Source: Guillardia theta CCMP2712
Taxonomy: Eukaryota; Protista; Cryptophyta
Assembly (NCBI RefSeq): GCF_000315625.1
Contig: NW_005434664.1
Location: 186,001 to 250,000 of the forward strand
Direction: 5' to 3'
DNA: 64,000 nucleotides
A model generated the notes under the pieces. That model ran no database searches. It saw only the letters and a program-made list of their open reading frames with translations, and was not told the DNA's origin. Positions within the stretch are counted from its first letter, which is position 1. Every line of letters begins with the position of its first letter. Both the position numbers and the translations under genes were made by a program. Positions 23,504-35,756 of the stretch are shown piece after piece.

Positions 23504-24391
23504 TCAGTCCAGCACAATCACTTCCACTCCGTTACTGCTGATCGAGCTAGCGGCCATATCCGTGTTGCCATGCCTCCTCGCAGCCTCCACCAGGATCTCT
23601 GGAATGGCTCCTCCTCGCTCCGGCAGCGCAGTGACGCTGTCATTGCTCTGTTTGAACAGGTTGTCTATGATGTCCAACGCCATTGTCAAGGTTTCCTCCG
23701 ACACGTAGGAGCGGAACAACTCTTCGTCCGACTGCGTTGCCGTGCCCTCCCAGCTCGAGAAGATGGTTGCAAGCTGCTCTGCCACGTCCTCGAAGTAGGG
23801 CAGCCAGTGGTAGGGATACCACTTCATACACTTGCGCTCGAGCTCAAGGAACTGCCTGACGGCTTTCTTGAACAAGAAGATGTCACTGCTCTCGTTGAAG
23901 CGCCCCTTGCAGTGCTCCTCACAGCATTCTACCTTCTTGGCGCAGCAGACCCGGAAGAATCTAGTCCTTCCGAGCTCTTTCAGCAGGTGCGAGCTCTCGA
24001 ACGCGCAGTCCTGCATGACTTCCCTCTCCAGGATGTTCCCGCTGATGCACTTGCAGCACCTCTCCTTCTCTCTCTTCTTCGCCTCCTCCTCGTTGGTCTG
24101 AATGGCCATCTCGCGAGCAGCATCGACATCTCTGCTGTCTTGCTCCTCCTCCGCGCCAGCCTCGCCCTCCCTCCGATCCGCCTGCGACAACAACCCCACA
24201 ATCTCCACAAGCACTTCGTCGAAAGCCTCTTCTTCTGATTTCCCTTGTCGTATCAGCCGGTTGTAGTTTTGCTCACCTTGCTCGCAGAGCATCGCAAAGC
24301 TCTCATGCTTCTCAAAGCTGCTCTTCATCAACCTATTTCGAAGTCTCGCAGCAATCGACATGATATCGTTGAGGTCCTGATCCTCTCCCGA
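23504..24391 (-). CDS. Hypothetical protein (main exon; 5' exon(s) probably extend towards ~24810)
   Basis: Long open exon after a cag acceptor, with globular-looking motifs QFLELERKCMKWYP..YF and LPERGGAIPEIL. Confidence 0.6.
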   Translation of the reverse strand, partial: SGEDQDLNDIMSIAARLRNRLMKSSFEKHESFAMLCEQGEQNYNRLIRQGKSEEEAFDEVLVEIVGLLSQADRREGEAGAEEEQDSRDVDAAREMAIQTNEEEAKKREKERCCKCISGNILEREVMQDCAFESSHLLKELGRTRFFRVCCAKKVECCEEHCKGRFNESSDIFLFKKAVRQFLELERKCMKWYPYHWLPYFEDVAEQLATIFSSWEGTATQSDEELFRSYVSEETLTMALDIIDNLFKQSNDSVTALPERGGAIPEILVEAARRHGNTDMAASSISSNGVEVIVLD

Positions 24392-24712
24392 ATCTGCCAA
24401 GGAGCCAATCAAACAGCAGGACAAGGATAGGTCAAAGGAAAGCATGGAAAGGATCCCTCAATTCTAGAGACAAGATCTTGGTTTAGCAACTTGTTTCGCT
24501 ATCAATCTGTTCAAACAATATCTAATGTAAAGCCAACCTTCCTCTTGATCATTCTCTCAACATAGCTATATTCTCGTTAACTTTACTTCTGCTTCCACCA
24601 ACATGTCCTTGCCCACCTTCTCTGTCTCCACCACCATCTCCACCATCTCCTCCATCTATTATATCTACAACTCCTCGCATCTTCTTCTTTCTCTTCCTCC
24701 TGCTCCTCCTGA

Positions 24713-24758
<46 letters not shown>

Positions 24759-25225
24759 CCCCCTCTCCCCTCTCCTCCTGTTTCCCCTCTCCGCTTCACC
24801 TTCGTCCGCCATGTCTGGTCTTGCGCTCCTCACCTCACCACCCCACCCCGTTCGCCTTCTGCTCCCCCCACCAAAGAATTATACTACCCCACCCCAAAAT
24901 ATGAGACCGAAATTGAGTATTTATGAGGGGTTATAGTGGACATCGACCCACCCAGTCTAGTTCTAAGCTTCTCGCCTTTTGATACAAAACTAGCTCGACT
25001 TGACTAAATTTTATCCACGAACACTGAAATTCTGTAAATTATCAAGATAATATGCTCTAGATATTTCAAAAATTGAGGGGCCCCGAAACAGAGTGTTTAC
25101 AGAAAATAAGAAATTCATGGGTGGTACCCATACCCCCACATCGAATGTTTAAAAGGGGGGTAGATGCACATGTGGCAATATACCGGGTCCTTTATGGAAC
25201 ATTGAAGGGGTAGGTAAACATCTCT

Positions 25226-26147
25226 ATGCAAGTAGAGGATCGGCTGCAAGGAAGGGGAGAAGGAGTAGCAGCATCAGAAACAGCTGGAGTAGTAGCTGGA
25301 GTAGTAGCTGGAGTAGTAGCTGGAGTAGTAGCTGGGAAGCCAGAGGAATCCGTGCCGGTCCCGTCCCAACAGCCAACGACTGGATCAGGAGCACCCTTAT
25401 CGACTGGATCATCTGGATCCAAAGCACTTACAGGTCCAGCTGGCTCGACGAGTGCATCAGCAGTGACAAGCTCAACCAAAGAAGGTCAGTCTACTCCTGG
25501 CTCTCAATCAGCCTTTGTGCCAGCACTCTCTTCGCAGCCTACAACAGCCTTCAAAACTTCATCCCCCCCCTTGCCAGTGAAAGAGACAGCTCCACTCTAT
25601 CGCTCACCCACTTGCTCCTCAGCCCCTGGGAAGTCTGCCTCTTTCTCATCCCCCGTACCTCAAGGTGGCGCGGAACAGAACCGAAGCCTATCAGCTTTCG
25701 CCACCTCTGTGAAACTTGCAGCTGCAGCAAGCAGCAGCAGTTCCAGTGCCGATCTGCCGCAGCCAAGCCCCGAGAAGAAGCTCAAGACTGAGCCCCCCAC
25801 GACACCGACAAGCAAGGCAGCACAGGAGGGTGAGAACAAGCCGTCGGCATCTCCACAATCCACAGCAGGAGCAGAAATAAGTGGGAAGAGATCGCCTGTT
25901 TGCCTCGGGTGACACGTTTGTACAGTTGACACCGTGGAGACTCTGGAGCAGATCCAGAAGATCATCGAGAGAAACTCAGAACAACTCCGCAAGGTGGGGG
26001 CCAACTTCTCAAGGGCGGAACCGGAGAGGAACGAAACTATCATTCAGGTACGCGCCCTCTCAACATGGGAATGTCAATGACATGTACGCACAGAATATCT
26101 ACAAGAGTCTGCAGGAAGTGGTGACGGAGGTCGAGAAGTTGTCCTAG
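25226..26147 (+). CDS. Hypothetical Ser/Pro/Ala-rich protein with a helical C-terminus
   Basis: 228-aa ORF with a 12-bp repeat (AGVV x4). Probable introns lead to VDTVETLEQIQKIIERNSEQLRK...NIYKSLQEVVTEVEKLS*. Confidence 0.5.
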
Positions 26148-26180
26148 AGCCTCTCTCTGTCAGCCTGCAACTGTTGGAGG

Positions 26181-27633
26181 ATGAAGGACCTGAAGTGTTT
26201 GGCTCTCCTGCTTCTGGCTAGCGTCCTCGTCCAGAGTTCCATCCTGAAAGACGATGCCTGCCCGTAAGTCCGCCAATGTAGCAGTTGCCGTTGCTCACAA
26301 TGTCTTGATGGGCAGATCGAGAGAAGACAGGCCTGACTCTTTGACTCATGTAAACAAATTCCTTTCTATCCTTCAAGTTCATGAACATCAAGATCCAAGT
26401 AGTGACTACTGTCTGGCGTGCAGGCGGCCCGCACGCTTCTCAAGAACAACCAAATGGAACAAGCCAAGGCATGCCTTGAGAAAGCCTTTTCCAAGAATCC
26501 CAGGTTTCCTTTCGTACTCAAGAGGCATTCTGATCGAGATCGTGAACCAGATATGTACCTGCCATGCAAGAACTTGGCACGCTTTGCAGTAGACTGAGGC
26601 AGTATGAAATGGCGGTGATTGTCGAAGGTGGTTCTCCTGTTCATGAACTCGTTGGCAGGTAAAATATTTCTCCATGGCCCTCAAGGAGGAAGTAAGAGAT
26701 AGATCAGTCCATGTCATGACCTTGCATTAAATGTTCCCGAGCAGGTGACGACAGGGGTTCTGAACAATCTGGCAATCGTTTATCAAGAGATGGGCTCACA
26801 TACGGAAGCTGTTCAAATGTATCAACTCCCCTCTTGACGGCGTTGGCCGTTTGCTCACGTTCTCTCAGGTACAAACGAGCCTTGAAGCTTGATCAGGATG
26901 ATGCGACTGCGCATTACAACCTCGGTAGGGCTCGATGATCCCATCGGCTTCAGCTTCTTCTGATGAGTTCCTGGGCCACAGGAACTGCGTTGGAGAAGGC
27001 TGGTTCTTACAAGGAGGCGGTGAAATCCTATAGAGAAGTGATGTGAGGCTGTCCTATGGCTGCCAGGTGACAGAAAGACTGCAGGCGATTGAGTTGGAGC
27101 CCGAGGAAGCAAAGTACTACAACAACATGGGAGGGAGGTAGGAGACTCGCTGCCGTGCCCACTTGCCCCAGTTGAGACCTGTCTTGAAAGCCTTGCCGCC
27201 ATGAACAAGACTGAGACGGCGGAGAGAAGTTACAAGTGGGCCATAAAGCTAAGCCCCCGCTTCATTGATGCATATTACAACATCGGGAACTTGCTCCTGG
27301 CCACTGGTGAGCCCGGCGACTTCTCACAAGGAAGTGGTGATATAACATGCGGGTACAGGGAAAATCGAAAACGCCATCGAGAGGTTGGAGCAGGCGCTGA
27401 AGCTCGACCCCTCGCACGCTAAGGTGCGCTGACAGCGCTAAGCAGCCGCAAACCTCATGGGCGACGCAGGCGCAGAAGAAGCTGAAAGAGGCGCAGAAGG
27501 CCCTCGAAGAGAAGGTGAAGAGGGTCCCACCCAAAGAAGTCGGTCATGTCCTGCCCAGGTCGAGGCGTTCAAAATGCAGGTGGATGATGCAATCGAGAAG
27601 GCACAGAAGATGATGTCTCGAGGGGAGTTGTGA
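26181..27633 (+). CDS. Secretory-pathway TPR-repeat protein with a signal peptide and C-terminal RGEL
   Basis: MKDLKCLALLLLASVLVQS. TPR units VLNNLAIVYQEMG..YKRALKLDQDDATAHYNLG..AIELEPEEAKYYNNMG..AIKLSPRFIDAYYNIGNLL..ALKLDPSHAKA. Ends MMSRGEL*; many ~50-nt introns. Confidence 0.82.
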
Positions 27634-27719
27634 CCGACTTGGATTCCGCTAGAATGTCAACTTTATTTACGTGCATGTAGACAACCAAAATATATCATCT
27701 CCTCGAGTTAATCACTACT

Positions 27720-29267
27720 TCAAACATATTCGCGAGCCTGACTTGGTGCCGACGAAGAGGATCCAAGAGAATCGTGGGCAGAAACGATCATGAAGGAGAA
27801 CACACACTTGCTGATGATGTCCATGATGGTGTAGGCAACCACCTGACAGAAACGATCACTGCCCATCCGTTAACAGTCATGAAATTTTACCTCGAAGGAG
27901 ACGGAGAAGGAAGCAAATCCCTCGGAGAAGAGCCAGACAACAGGGTAGAAGGACCACATGATGATGGTGAGCCAAGCGATCTTGCCGTAGAGGTCGATCA
28001 TGTCAGGCTCCTTGCGGGTGATGACAGTCTCGCGGAAGGTCCTGGCGAGAGAATAGACAACAGGGAGGAACATGGCCTTGGAGAAGTAAGTACAAGGCCG
28101 TCAATCAGATCTGCATGCGCTCACCATTCCGAAGAGGAACCAGAACCACTTGACGGTGGTGACAACAGAGACAGCACCCATGTAGCCCGCAACGATCATG
28201 AGCACTGAAGGTAAGTCAGCCACCCACACTAGATCTCATACACAGGGCTTACTGTCAGCTCCAATCACGGCAGCGATGGTAACGAAGTCCTGACCAGCGA
28301 CAAGGCCGAGGTCAAGGATAAGGAGAGGAGTAGTGATGAGCCAGTCGACATAACGAGCATAGAAGAACTGTCTGCATCCAGCAATAGCGGTCCATCCCTG
28401 TCCCGAGAGCATAGCAAAGTAGGAGAAGGTGGCGACACCGCAGATGAACGTGTTGCAGAAGTAGAACTTGCGTCGTTCGGCATCAGCACTAGCAGCCTTA
28501 GCAACCATCACCACGGTGGAGACAGCAAGGGCAAGGAAGCCGAGGGTAAGAGCTCCGACACCAGTGGATCCAACCTCCTCGATGGTTGTGCATGCTGTGG
28601 GCGCAAGTGCCTGTAACTACGTCAGATGCACAACCGATCAACAGTGAAGCATGTCAAAACAAAAGGAGGTGGTAAAAGAGCTGCAGAAATTGCTATCACA
28701 TATCTAACATCATCCTCTAATAATCTTGAATTCATGTTACATAAGACAAGAGATGACGTGTAGCAATCTGCCTTGTCCTTGTTGAATTACAGAAATCAAC
28801 TACAACCCGAGCTCCAGCGAAGAATGAACAGATCTGAATATTTTCAAGAAAAATTTCTCGATGGTAATTGTCTAATATCTTTGGGTCGTGTGATCGAACA
28901 TCCCCAGCGCATCAGCTTCATATTACTCTCGGAAGGTGAAAGCTTTCTACCTCGGAACTTCACTAACAAACATGGAGTTCCACCATATTGATAATTTACA
29001 GCCATGAGATGAATGACTTTAGTGAGCTAGATGAGTTCGTGAATAATGTGAGAGACTACTACTGTGCAACATGGCCCAACAACAAGCGAGAAGGCACCCT
29101 CCCAGCAGCCTCCATTATCGCTCTTTGCATTTCAAACCTTACTAGACACAAAGGAGAAACAAGAGGACCGATAAAACTCAATTTCATAAGAGGAAGAAAC
29201 CAAAGCTTTCTGCATTTCTCTTCACCTTAGCAGCGGCGGAGGCGCCGGCGAGCATAGCGAACGGCAT
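27720..29267 (-). CDS. Microbial (type 1) rhodopsin with DTD motif, cryptophyte GtR-like
   Basis: Five exons. Helix C FYARYVDWLITTPLLILDLG, helix F WSFYPVVWLFSEG, helix G IMDIISKCVF (retinal Lys), C-terminus ...AREYV*. Confidence 0.95.
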
Positions 29268-30013
29268 GGCTGATGGCGCGCGACCTTTCGTCGCTTCACT
29301 CAACCACCCAAGAGCTATTTCCGCTACCCCCACCCCTCCGGATACACCCCAACCCCCTCCCGCTTCTATTTTAATACCGGTGGGTGATCCCAAGTGTCTC
29401 GTACTACCCTTTTATTTATCTGAACTTGAGGGGGTAGTGAAGAAGAATAGGGGGTAGTAAGTGGGTGGCAGAGCACAACGATAGGTAGGGTACTTTGTTT
29501 TTTTTTGAGCACATTGCCACGGTACGGTACTCGAATTTGGGATTCAAAGGGGTACTTTTTAGTAGGATATCATGGGTGTATATCAGAATTTTCAAGGAGG
29601 GTGGGGTACTGATTCTGGTACAAAGAGCTATTAGTAAAACTTAAGTTTCTTCCACCCTTCGAAATTATCCTTTCCAATTCGAAATAGTTTTCTCAAATTT
29701 CAACCATCGTCCGACAATGACGCTTAGAGCAATTTTAAAAATGAGTAGTGATCAAATTTGTACCAAACTTGAAGATATTGGTACCAGAGGGGTTTTGCTC
29801 AACAAGAATTTCTAAGAAATTATAAGAATTCAAAAAAATACTAATAAATTCCAAACGAGGCGGGCTTGACAATAAACCTCACATAATTAACACTCAAAAA
29901 TAATGTTTAAACCCCGATATTCCATATTTTCTCCATATGCCGGCCTAATCGTTGGCATTTCTTTACTGCAAATTCTTGAGAGCCTGGTGACAGGAGGCTG
30001 AGCTTGTGCGACC

Positions 30014-31696
30014 ATGGGGAGGACGGCGATCGTGACGACGACGATCTACGTGAGACAGAGGAGGAGGAGAGGAGGAGAAGATATGTGAATATGGAGGAAG
30101 AAAAGAAGGAGGTGGAAGGAGGAGGAGGATGAGAAAGGTGCGGGAGAAGAGGAAGCGGGAGGACAGCAGAAGGGCTGCATCAAATCTGCTTGCAGCCCTT
30201 GAAGCAGATGAGAGTGACGAGAGTGATGAGACGATCGGATAGTGAGTTGTCTCACAACGTCGTGTGAATATGCTGCGAGGACAACTCATGTTAGATTTCA
30301 TACAATCTTGGGTCCCATGACTCAACGAGGGAGGGACGTTCAACTTGAAAGCGGAGGTCAAGGCAGGGCGACGTATGAAATTAGCATGGAGAAGGAGCAT
30401 ATGGACCTGCTTGAAACACTGTTTAGAGAGAAATTATAGAGACATTTGAGCATAACAAGGCAGTCAGAGGGAACAAGTCGACCTGACGGTTGGGTTATAA
30501 CTCTTGTGAACGAACGGATGTTGGCACCAGGTACCCAAGGCCATCCATGCGTACATGAAGAACGCGAAGGAGAATGGACACAGCGATGCTATCTTCATAG
30601 TGCGTGTATGCCATGCCTGTTTCTCCAGCTGACTGGTCGCTGTGAAAGGTTGCTGGGGATAAGAAGACTCCGCCAGAGGCAAAGCAGTTTTGTGACGCGT
30701 GCGCGGAGGAATTTAAAATGAAATGTCAATATCTCACTGTTGACGATCAGATCAACTGGGTGAGAACACTCCTGCTGCTTGTGATGAAGATATTGTTGTC
30801 TGATGTGTGTTGGTGGAAGTTGCAAGACTTCCCAGAGCTTGCAAGCGCTATCCCATGGAACAGCATTCAGCGCAGGAATATAGCAATCCTCTTAGCTTAT
30901 CAGATCGGTTGTGAAATCATCATCACAATAGGCACGTTCGGCATCATCTCTTGTCCAACCAGCTGTGATGATGAGTGCAGATGACGACAACTACTTCGTT
31001 GAGGGACAAGACTTTATCGGCGAGCACATCCGGCACATCAAAGATCAGATTCCCCACACCTCCTTGGTTTCCAATACAGGATGGTGAGTGCGGTTATGAG
31101 GAGGAAATTGTTTGCTCGCGTTGACTTCAGCGTTGGCAGGTTGAATGTCTGTGAATACCTCGAAGACAAGAGGAAGTTTGAGTTCTATCCTCGAGGATAT
31201 CCCATGAATCAGAGGTGCCCGCACCAGGCCCTTGCATCGTTTTCCTGACTTGCTCCAAGATGGAGAAGTCCCAAACCGATCCACCGTGCAGTCCAGCAGA
31301 ACAGAAAGGTTGGTTTCCTGCCTTGTTGCCGAGAGGAACCGAGCGAGGCAGGGCCGGTCGTGAGAGGGGTGCAGGTGGTGGTCAACGCGGGGCTGTGGCT
31401 GGATGATCCAGATGTGGATGCGATCACAAGGTTGTGCAATGACATCTCAGCTGAGAGGTATCTGCGAGAAGACAGCTTCTCCTTATCGAGGAAGACTTGG
31501 TGTCCGTTCAACTCTCAGAACACCGCCATCTCGCGCGAGGTGATGCCAGGGGCACGTCGCTCACTTGTCTCGTGTTCTGCTGCAAATCATTGCCATGTCA
31601 TGTATTGATGTTTCTGGGCCTCTTTGGTTCTCCTTCATAACCATCTCTTTGGAAGCATTTCTTTCATCTACATCATCTTGTGCCCAAACTCGAGAG

Positions 31697-31778
<82 letters not shown>

Positions 31779-32524
31779 AACATACACACACACAACTCAA
31801 GGCGTGCTCACGATCTGCGCTTCCTGCTTCCTTCTGATCTCCTGCCGATCTGACCCCGCATTCCCTCCAGGTCATCCCTGGATACTGTCTCAGTCCCAAC
31901 GTCGGAAGATACGACGACATCTGGGCAGGGTAACGATACTCTCACCTGAGCTCCTGCTCGAGACAGGGACACTCGTGTAACCGCGCCCTTGCAGGTACGT
32001 CGTCATGGCGATAGCCGACAAGCTCGACCATGCCATCATGTTTGGCTTCCCGCTCGTCAAGCAGGAGAGGAACCCGCACAACTACTTCAACGATCACCAG
32101 GCTGAGAGGATCGGGCTGGAGTTCACTGAGACGTTTTGCGAATGGTTGCGCGAGGCTCCCCTCAAGGTATTGCAAGTCATGAGGCTGATGTTGTTTTGCT
32201 GTCTGTCAGACCTGTTGCGAACCCTTTTCTTCAGTCTTCTCTTTGCATCTTTCAGAGCATTCCTTGTGGCTGATGGTTTCTTGTCTTGATGGTCCTTTTC
32301 CTATTTCTGCATCTTTCGCTTCATTGGCTCTTCTGCTACCCTTCACTTGTGCTCACTCACCCTCTCAGGGAACCACCTACCTCGCATGCTTGGGGGAGAT
32401 CGTGGCATGGCTGCAGCAGAAGGCAGAGGGCGCATCTAACGAGCAGTTCAAGGATCAAGTCTTCGGCTTCTGTTTGACGCAAGAGGCTTGGATCAAGACA
32501 ATGGAGAGGATGAACGTGGTGTGA
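30014..32524 (+). CDS. Reversibly glycosylated polypeptide (RGP/GT75, UDP-arabinopyranose mutase-like) family protein
   Basis: Spliced MGRTAIVTTTIYVPK..IVAGDKKTP..IPWNSIQRRNIAILLAY..IITIDDDNY..YPRGYP..VVNAGLWLDDPDVDAITRL..WCPFNSQNTA..GRYDDIWAGY..PLVKQERNPHN. Confidence 0.82.
31698..31795. repeat. (CA)n microsatellite in an RGP intron
   Basis: Direct observation. Confidence 0.97.
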
Positions 32525-32654
32525 AGTCAAGGTGCTGCCCTTTCTCAAACGATTTTCCGATGTGGAGCGTGTGGAAGTAATTTCGATTCCGATTTTCATA
32601 ACGGATCAGAGCAAGTGTTGGAACTTGAGCACTACATTTTCTTAGATCCTTCTT

Positions 32655-33545
32655 CTACTCGCTATGCTCGAATACTGTGACTACTGATGCACCGGCGGGA
32701 ATGATGTTGCGTTCTGCCACGGTTTCATGACCAATAACGGGCCCAATCGCTGTCGACATCACAGAGTCCATGTCGAAAACTTGCGGCTGCTGCTCAGTTC
32801 TCTTGGCTGTTGTTTTGCCCTCAGCGGATAAGTCGTGGCTGAAGAAGAGTGCATAGAGGGTCGTCAGCCCATAGATCGATATTACCAGGCTGGCACCGCA
32901 TGCGAGGAGGGACGGAGAAGAGTAGATCCCGTACCCGAAGCCCGCGAGGTCGCTTGACTGCATGTCTTGGAACCCCATGCAGCACGTGGCGATGAGCAGC
33001 ACGTACAGGGCCTGCCCGAAGAAGCGATGGTGCTTCTTCGCCGCCTCACGCTGCTCGGGACCCCTCCATGGGTACAAGCTTGACGCCACGCCCCCCGCCA
33101 GCTGCCCGCCCCATAGCAACAGGCACAGCACTCCCATCCATGAGTGCGCGCTGTACATGGTGCTGAACGGAAACGTGCCATCAAGCCCAGCCTGGCCCGT
33201 AGACTCGAGGCAGCCGGTCATCGGGCAAGTCGGCGTTCCGTTGCCCTGACCCGACAAGCTCTTGTACTGGATGATGGCGACCAGCCCCAGGAGCGCGCAG
33301 ATGATGCCGAGCAGGTGGAACGCCACGTGCCCCATCCACAGGTCCATCCTGCTCCAGAGCGGGAAGCTCTTGATCAGGATACCCTCCGAGGTGGCGATGA
33401 GGAAGAGAGTCATGCCCAGGGCATGCCAGCCGAACAGCGCCGCGCTGCTCGTGCCGAAGCCTCCCTCTGCGAGGATGACCCACGCGATCACTATCCCCAG
33501 CAGTGCGAGGGCGCAAACTCTTGGGAGCAGCCAGACAAGGAGCAT
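32655..33545 (-). CDS. Cytochrome b561 family transmembrane reductase, copy 1
   Basis: Six TM helices with heme-ligand His motifs FGWHALGM, MGHVAFH, YSAHSWMG and KHHRFFG. Confidence 0.9.
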   Translation of the reverse strand: MLLVWLLPRVCALALLGIVIAWVILAEGGFGTSSAALFGWHALGMTLFLIATSEGILIKSFPLWSRMDLWMGHVAFHLLGIICALLGLVAIIQYKSLSGQGNGTPTCPMTGCLESTGQAGLDGTFPFSTMYSAHSWMGVLCLLLWGGQLAGGVASSLYPWRGPEQREAAKKHHRFFGQALYVLLIATCCMGFQDMQSSDLAGFGYGIYSSPSLLACGASLVISIYGLTTLYALFFSHDLSAEGKTTAKRTEQQPQVFDMDSVMSTAIGPVIGHETVAERNIIPAGASVVTVFEHSE

Positions 33546-34329
33546 TGCTGATGGTGTGTTCTAGGTGAAGCTTCACACGATCGGCTGCCTCATGGAGGCC
33601 TGTCTTCTTGTTTGTCTCAAGACTGTTCACGCCAAGTGCTTCCCCTTGTATCCCTTCCCGCTCACGTCCCCAGTATCAACCTCCCTACACCTCAGGCACT
33701 GCCGTCTCGGCCTTATACCTTTGCGGGGAAGTACGAGGTCATTATTGGTACCACCTCACCGCTTCCTTTATATGTCAGTCGCCAAGAGTCACTCACTACT
33801 GTTGCGCCGCTAAAAAAAAGTCTCCAAGGCGGGCTGAGTCCTCAAGTCTTTGCGGCTCAGTGCCTCGGAGTACCAGGCCCGACCGTCACCGGGCCAGGCG
33901 GACAACTCAAGCAAGTTGGCAACCTGACTTACCAAACAGTCACTGAGTGTCGGAGGCTTTATTTGAGAAAGTTGAAGCACACTGTAGTTCCTCCTCTACT
34001 CTCCTGCACGGTCCTCGTACTGATTTTTAACTTGAAACTTTGCGTGAAAAGTTTAGAATAGTTGGAAGGCTAGCAACCTTAGCCTGAGGCGTCACGAGTC
34101 TCATCTGAGTATGGTCTATTCGATCTGTTTCTATTCTGCTCTCCCCGCCTCTCTCTCCCCGCCTTCAAGGCTTTTGACTCAGAGCCTGACAAGTCCTGGC
34201 ATACACAGCATACGAGTCAAGCCATTCAGGGCTTAGTTTCTGTTCCCTGCTTGGAAGACTCCAACAGAGGCCCTAAACATGATGAAACGTGCGTAGTGCG
34301 ACTCGGAGGTCAACTTGCCTTTACCGTCA

Positions 34330-35118
34330 TCACAGGGTCGGCCATGTCGAACAGCTGCCAGTGCTCCATGTTTCGCTCGAATCCTGCTTGCCCTTCGCGG
34401 GCTGAGTCTTGCTGAAGAAGAGTGCATACAGGGTCGTCAGCCCATAGATCGATATCACCAGGCTTGCACCGCATGCGAGGAGGGACGGAGAAGAGTAGAT
34501 CCCGTACCCGAAGCCCGCGAGGTCGCTTGACTGCATGTCTTGGAACCCCATGCAGCACGTGGCGATGAGCAGCACGTACAGGGCCTGCCCGAAGAAGCGA
34601 TGGTGCTTCTTCGCCGCCTCACGCTGCTCGGGACCCCTCCATGGGTACAAGCTTGACGCCACGCCCCCCGCCAGCTGCCCGCCCCATAGCAACAGGCACA
34701 GCACTCCCATCCATGAGTGCGCGCTGTACATGGTGCTGAACGGAAACGTGCCATCAAGCCCAGCCTGGCCCGTAGACTCGAGGCAGCCGGTCATCGGGCA
34801 AGTCGGCGTTCCGTTGCCCTGACCCGACAAGCTCTTGTACTGGATGATGGCGACCAGCCCCAGGAGCGCGCAGATGATGCCGAGCAGGTGGAACGCCACG
34901 TGCCCCATCCACAGGTCCATCCTGCTCCAGAGCGGGAAGCTCTTGATCAGGATACCCTCCGAGGTGGCGATGAGGAAGAGAGTCATGCCCAGGGCATGCC
35001 AGCCGAACAGCGCCGCGCTGCTCGTGCCGAAGCCTCCCTCTGCGAGGATGACCCACGCGATCACTATCCCCAGCAGCGCGAGGGCGCAAACTCTTGGGAG
35101 CAGCCAGACAAGGAGCAT
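34330..35118 (-). CDS. Cytochrome b561 family transmembrane reductase, copy 2 (different, frameshifted tail)
   Basis: Protein identical to copy 1 up to YALFFS; DNA nearly identical at an offset of 1573 bp. Confidence 0.85.
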   Translation of the reverse strand: MLLVWLLPRVCALALLGIVIAWVILAEGGFGTSSAALFGWHALGMTLFLIATSEGILIKSFPLWSRMDLWMGHVAFHLLGIICALLGLVAIIQYKSLSGQGNGTPTCPMTGCLESTGQAGLDGTFPFSTMYSAHSWMGVLCLLLWGGQLAGGVASSLYPWRGPEQREAAKKHHRFFGQALYVLLIATCCMGFQDMQSSDLAGFGYGIYSSPSLLACGASLVISIYGLTTLYALFFSKTQPAKGKQDSSETWSTGSCSTWPTL

Positions 35119-35629
35119 TGCTGGTGAAGATGACTGGGGAGGATGTCACGCTACCGGCTGCGCAGGAAGCTTGAGAGCAGTCTCAGACATCACCGTCGAA
35201 GCCTTACACCAGTCGTACCCCACTGACACAAGTCTGTTCTAGGTTGACCACTTACAAGTTTGGCTGCCTGCCTTCATCCTGCATGGGTGGGAGGGGGGAG
35301 ACACTTGCGTGAGCTTCTTGTTCACGTCCCCGATACTCTCGCGATCCTCCCCGCACTTCCACATTTTTCTCTATTTGTATGATACGAAGGCTCTGCTGAC
35401 TTACTAGATCTTGAGCTGCATGGCCGAGGCGAGCTCACATATATACGCACACTGGCAAGCTTCACTCAAAGTTAAGTTAAAAATCAGTCGGACCGGGGAC
35501 TGAAACATGCCGGGCCCGGTGACTCTACTAGCGGATGGCATGATTGCCGGAAACCATAAAAAGAGTAGGGAAGCGGCAGCAAGTGGAATCGAACTCGCGT
35601 GAGCAGACCTTTCACGAGATTCCGATAAC

Positions 35630-35673
35630 TCAAAAAGGTAGGGGTGATATACACCTTGACCAGCCGCCGAGTT
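35630..35673 (-). ncRNA. Candidate spliced-leader (SL) RNA gene, copy 2
   Basis: Identical to 14496-14539, with TATATATA at 35703-35696, 30 nt upstream. Confidence 0.6.
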
Positions 35674-35756
35674 AACAAGTATCACAAAAATGAAATATAT
35701 ATACACCTCCTCCCCAGTCCTCGTATTGAGAGCGCTTGGTTTAGTGCAGTAGCTCC

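Noticed and set aside
35570-35670. tRNA or tRNA-derived SINE (GTTCGATTCC on the - strand)
   Set aside because: No cloverleaf can be built, and the B-box-like part is absent from the other copy of the conserved 45-mer.
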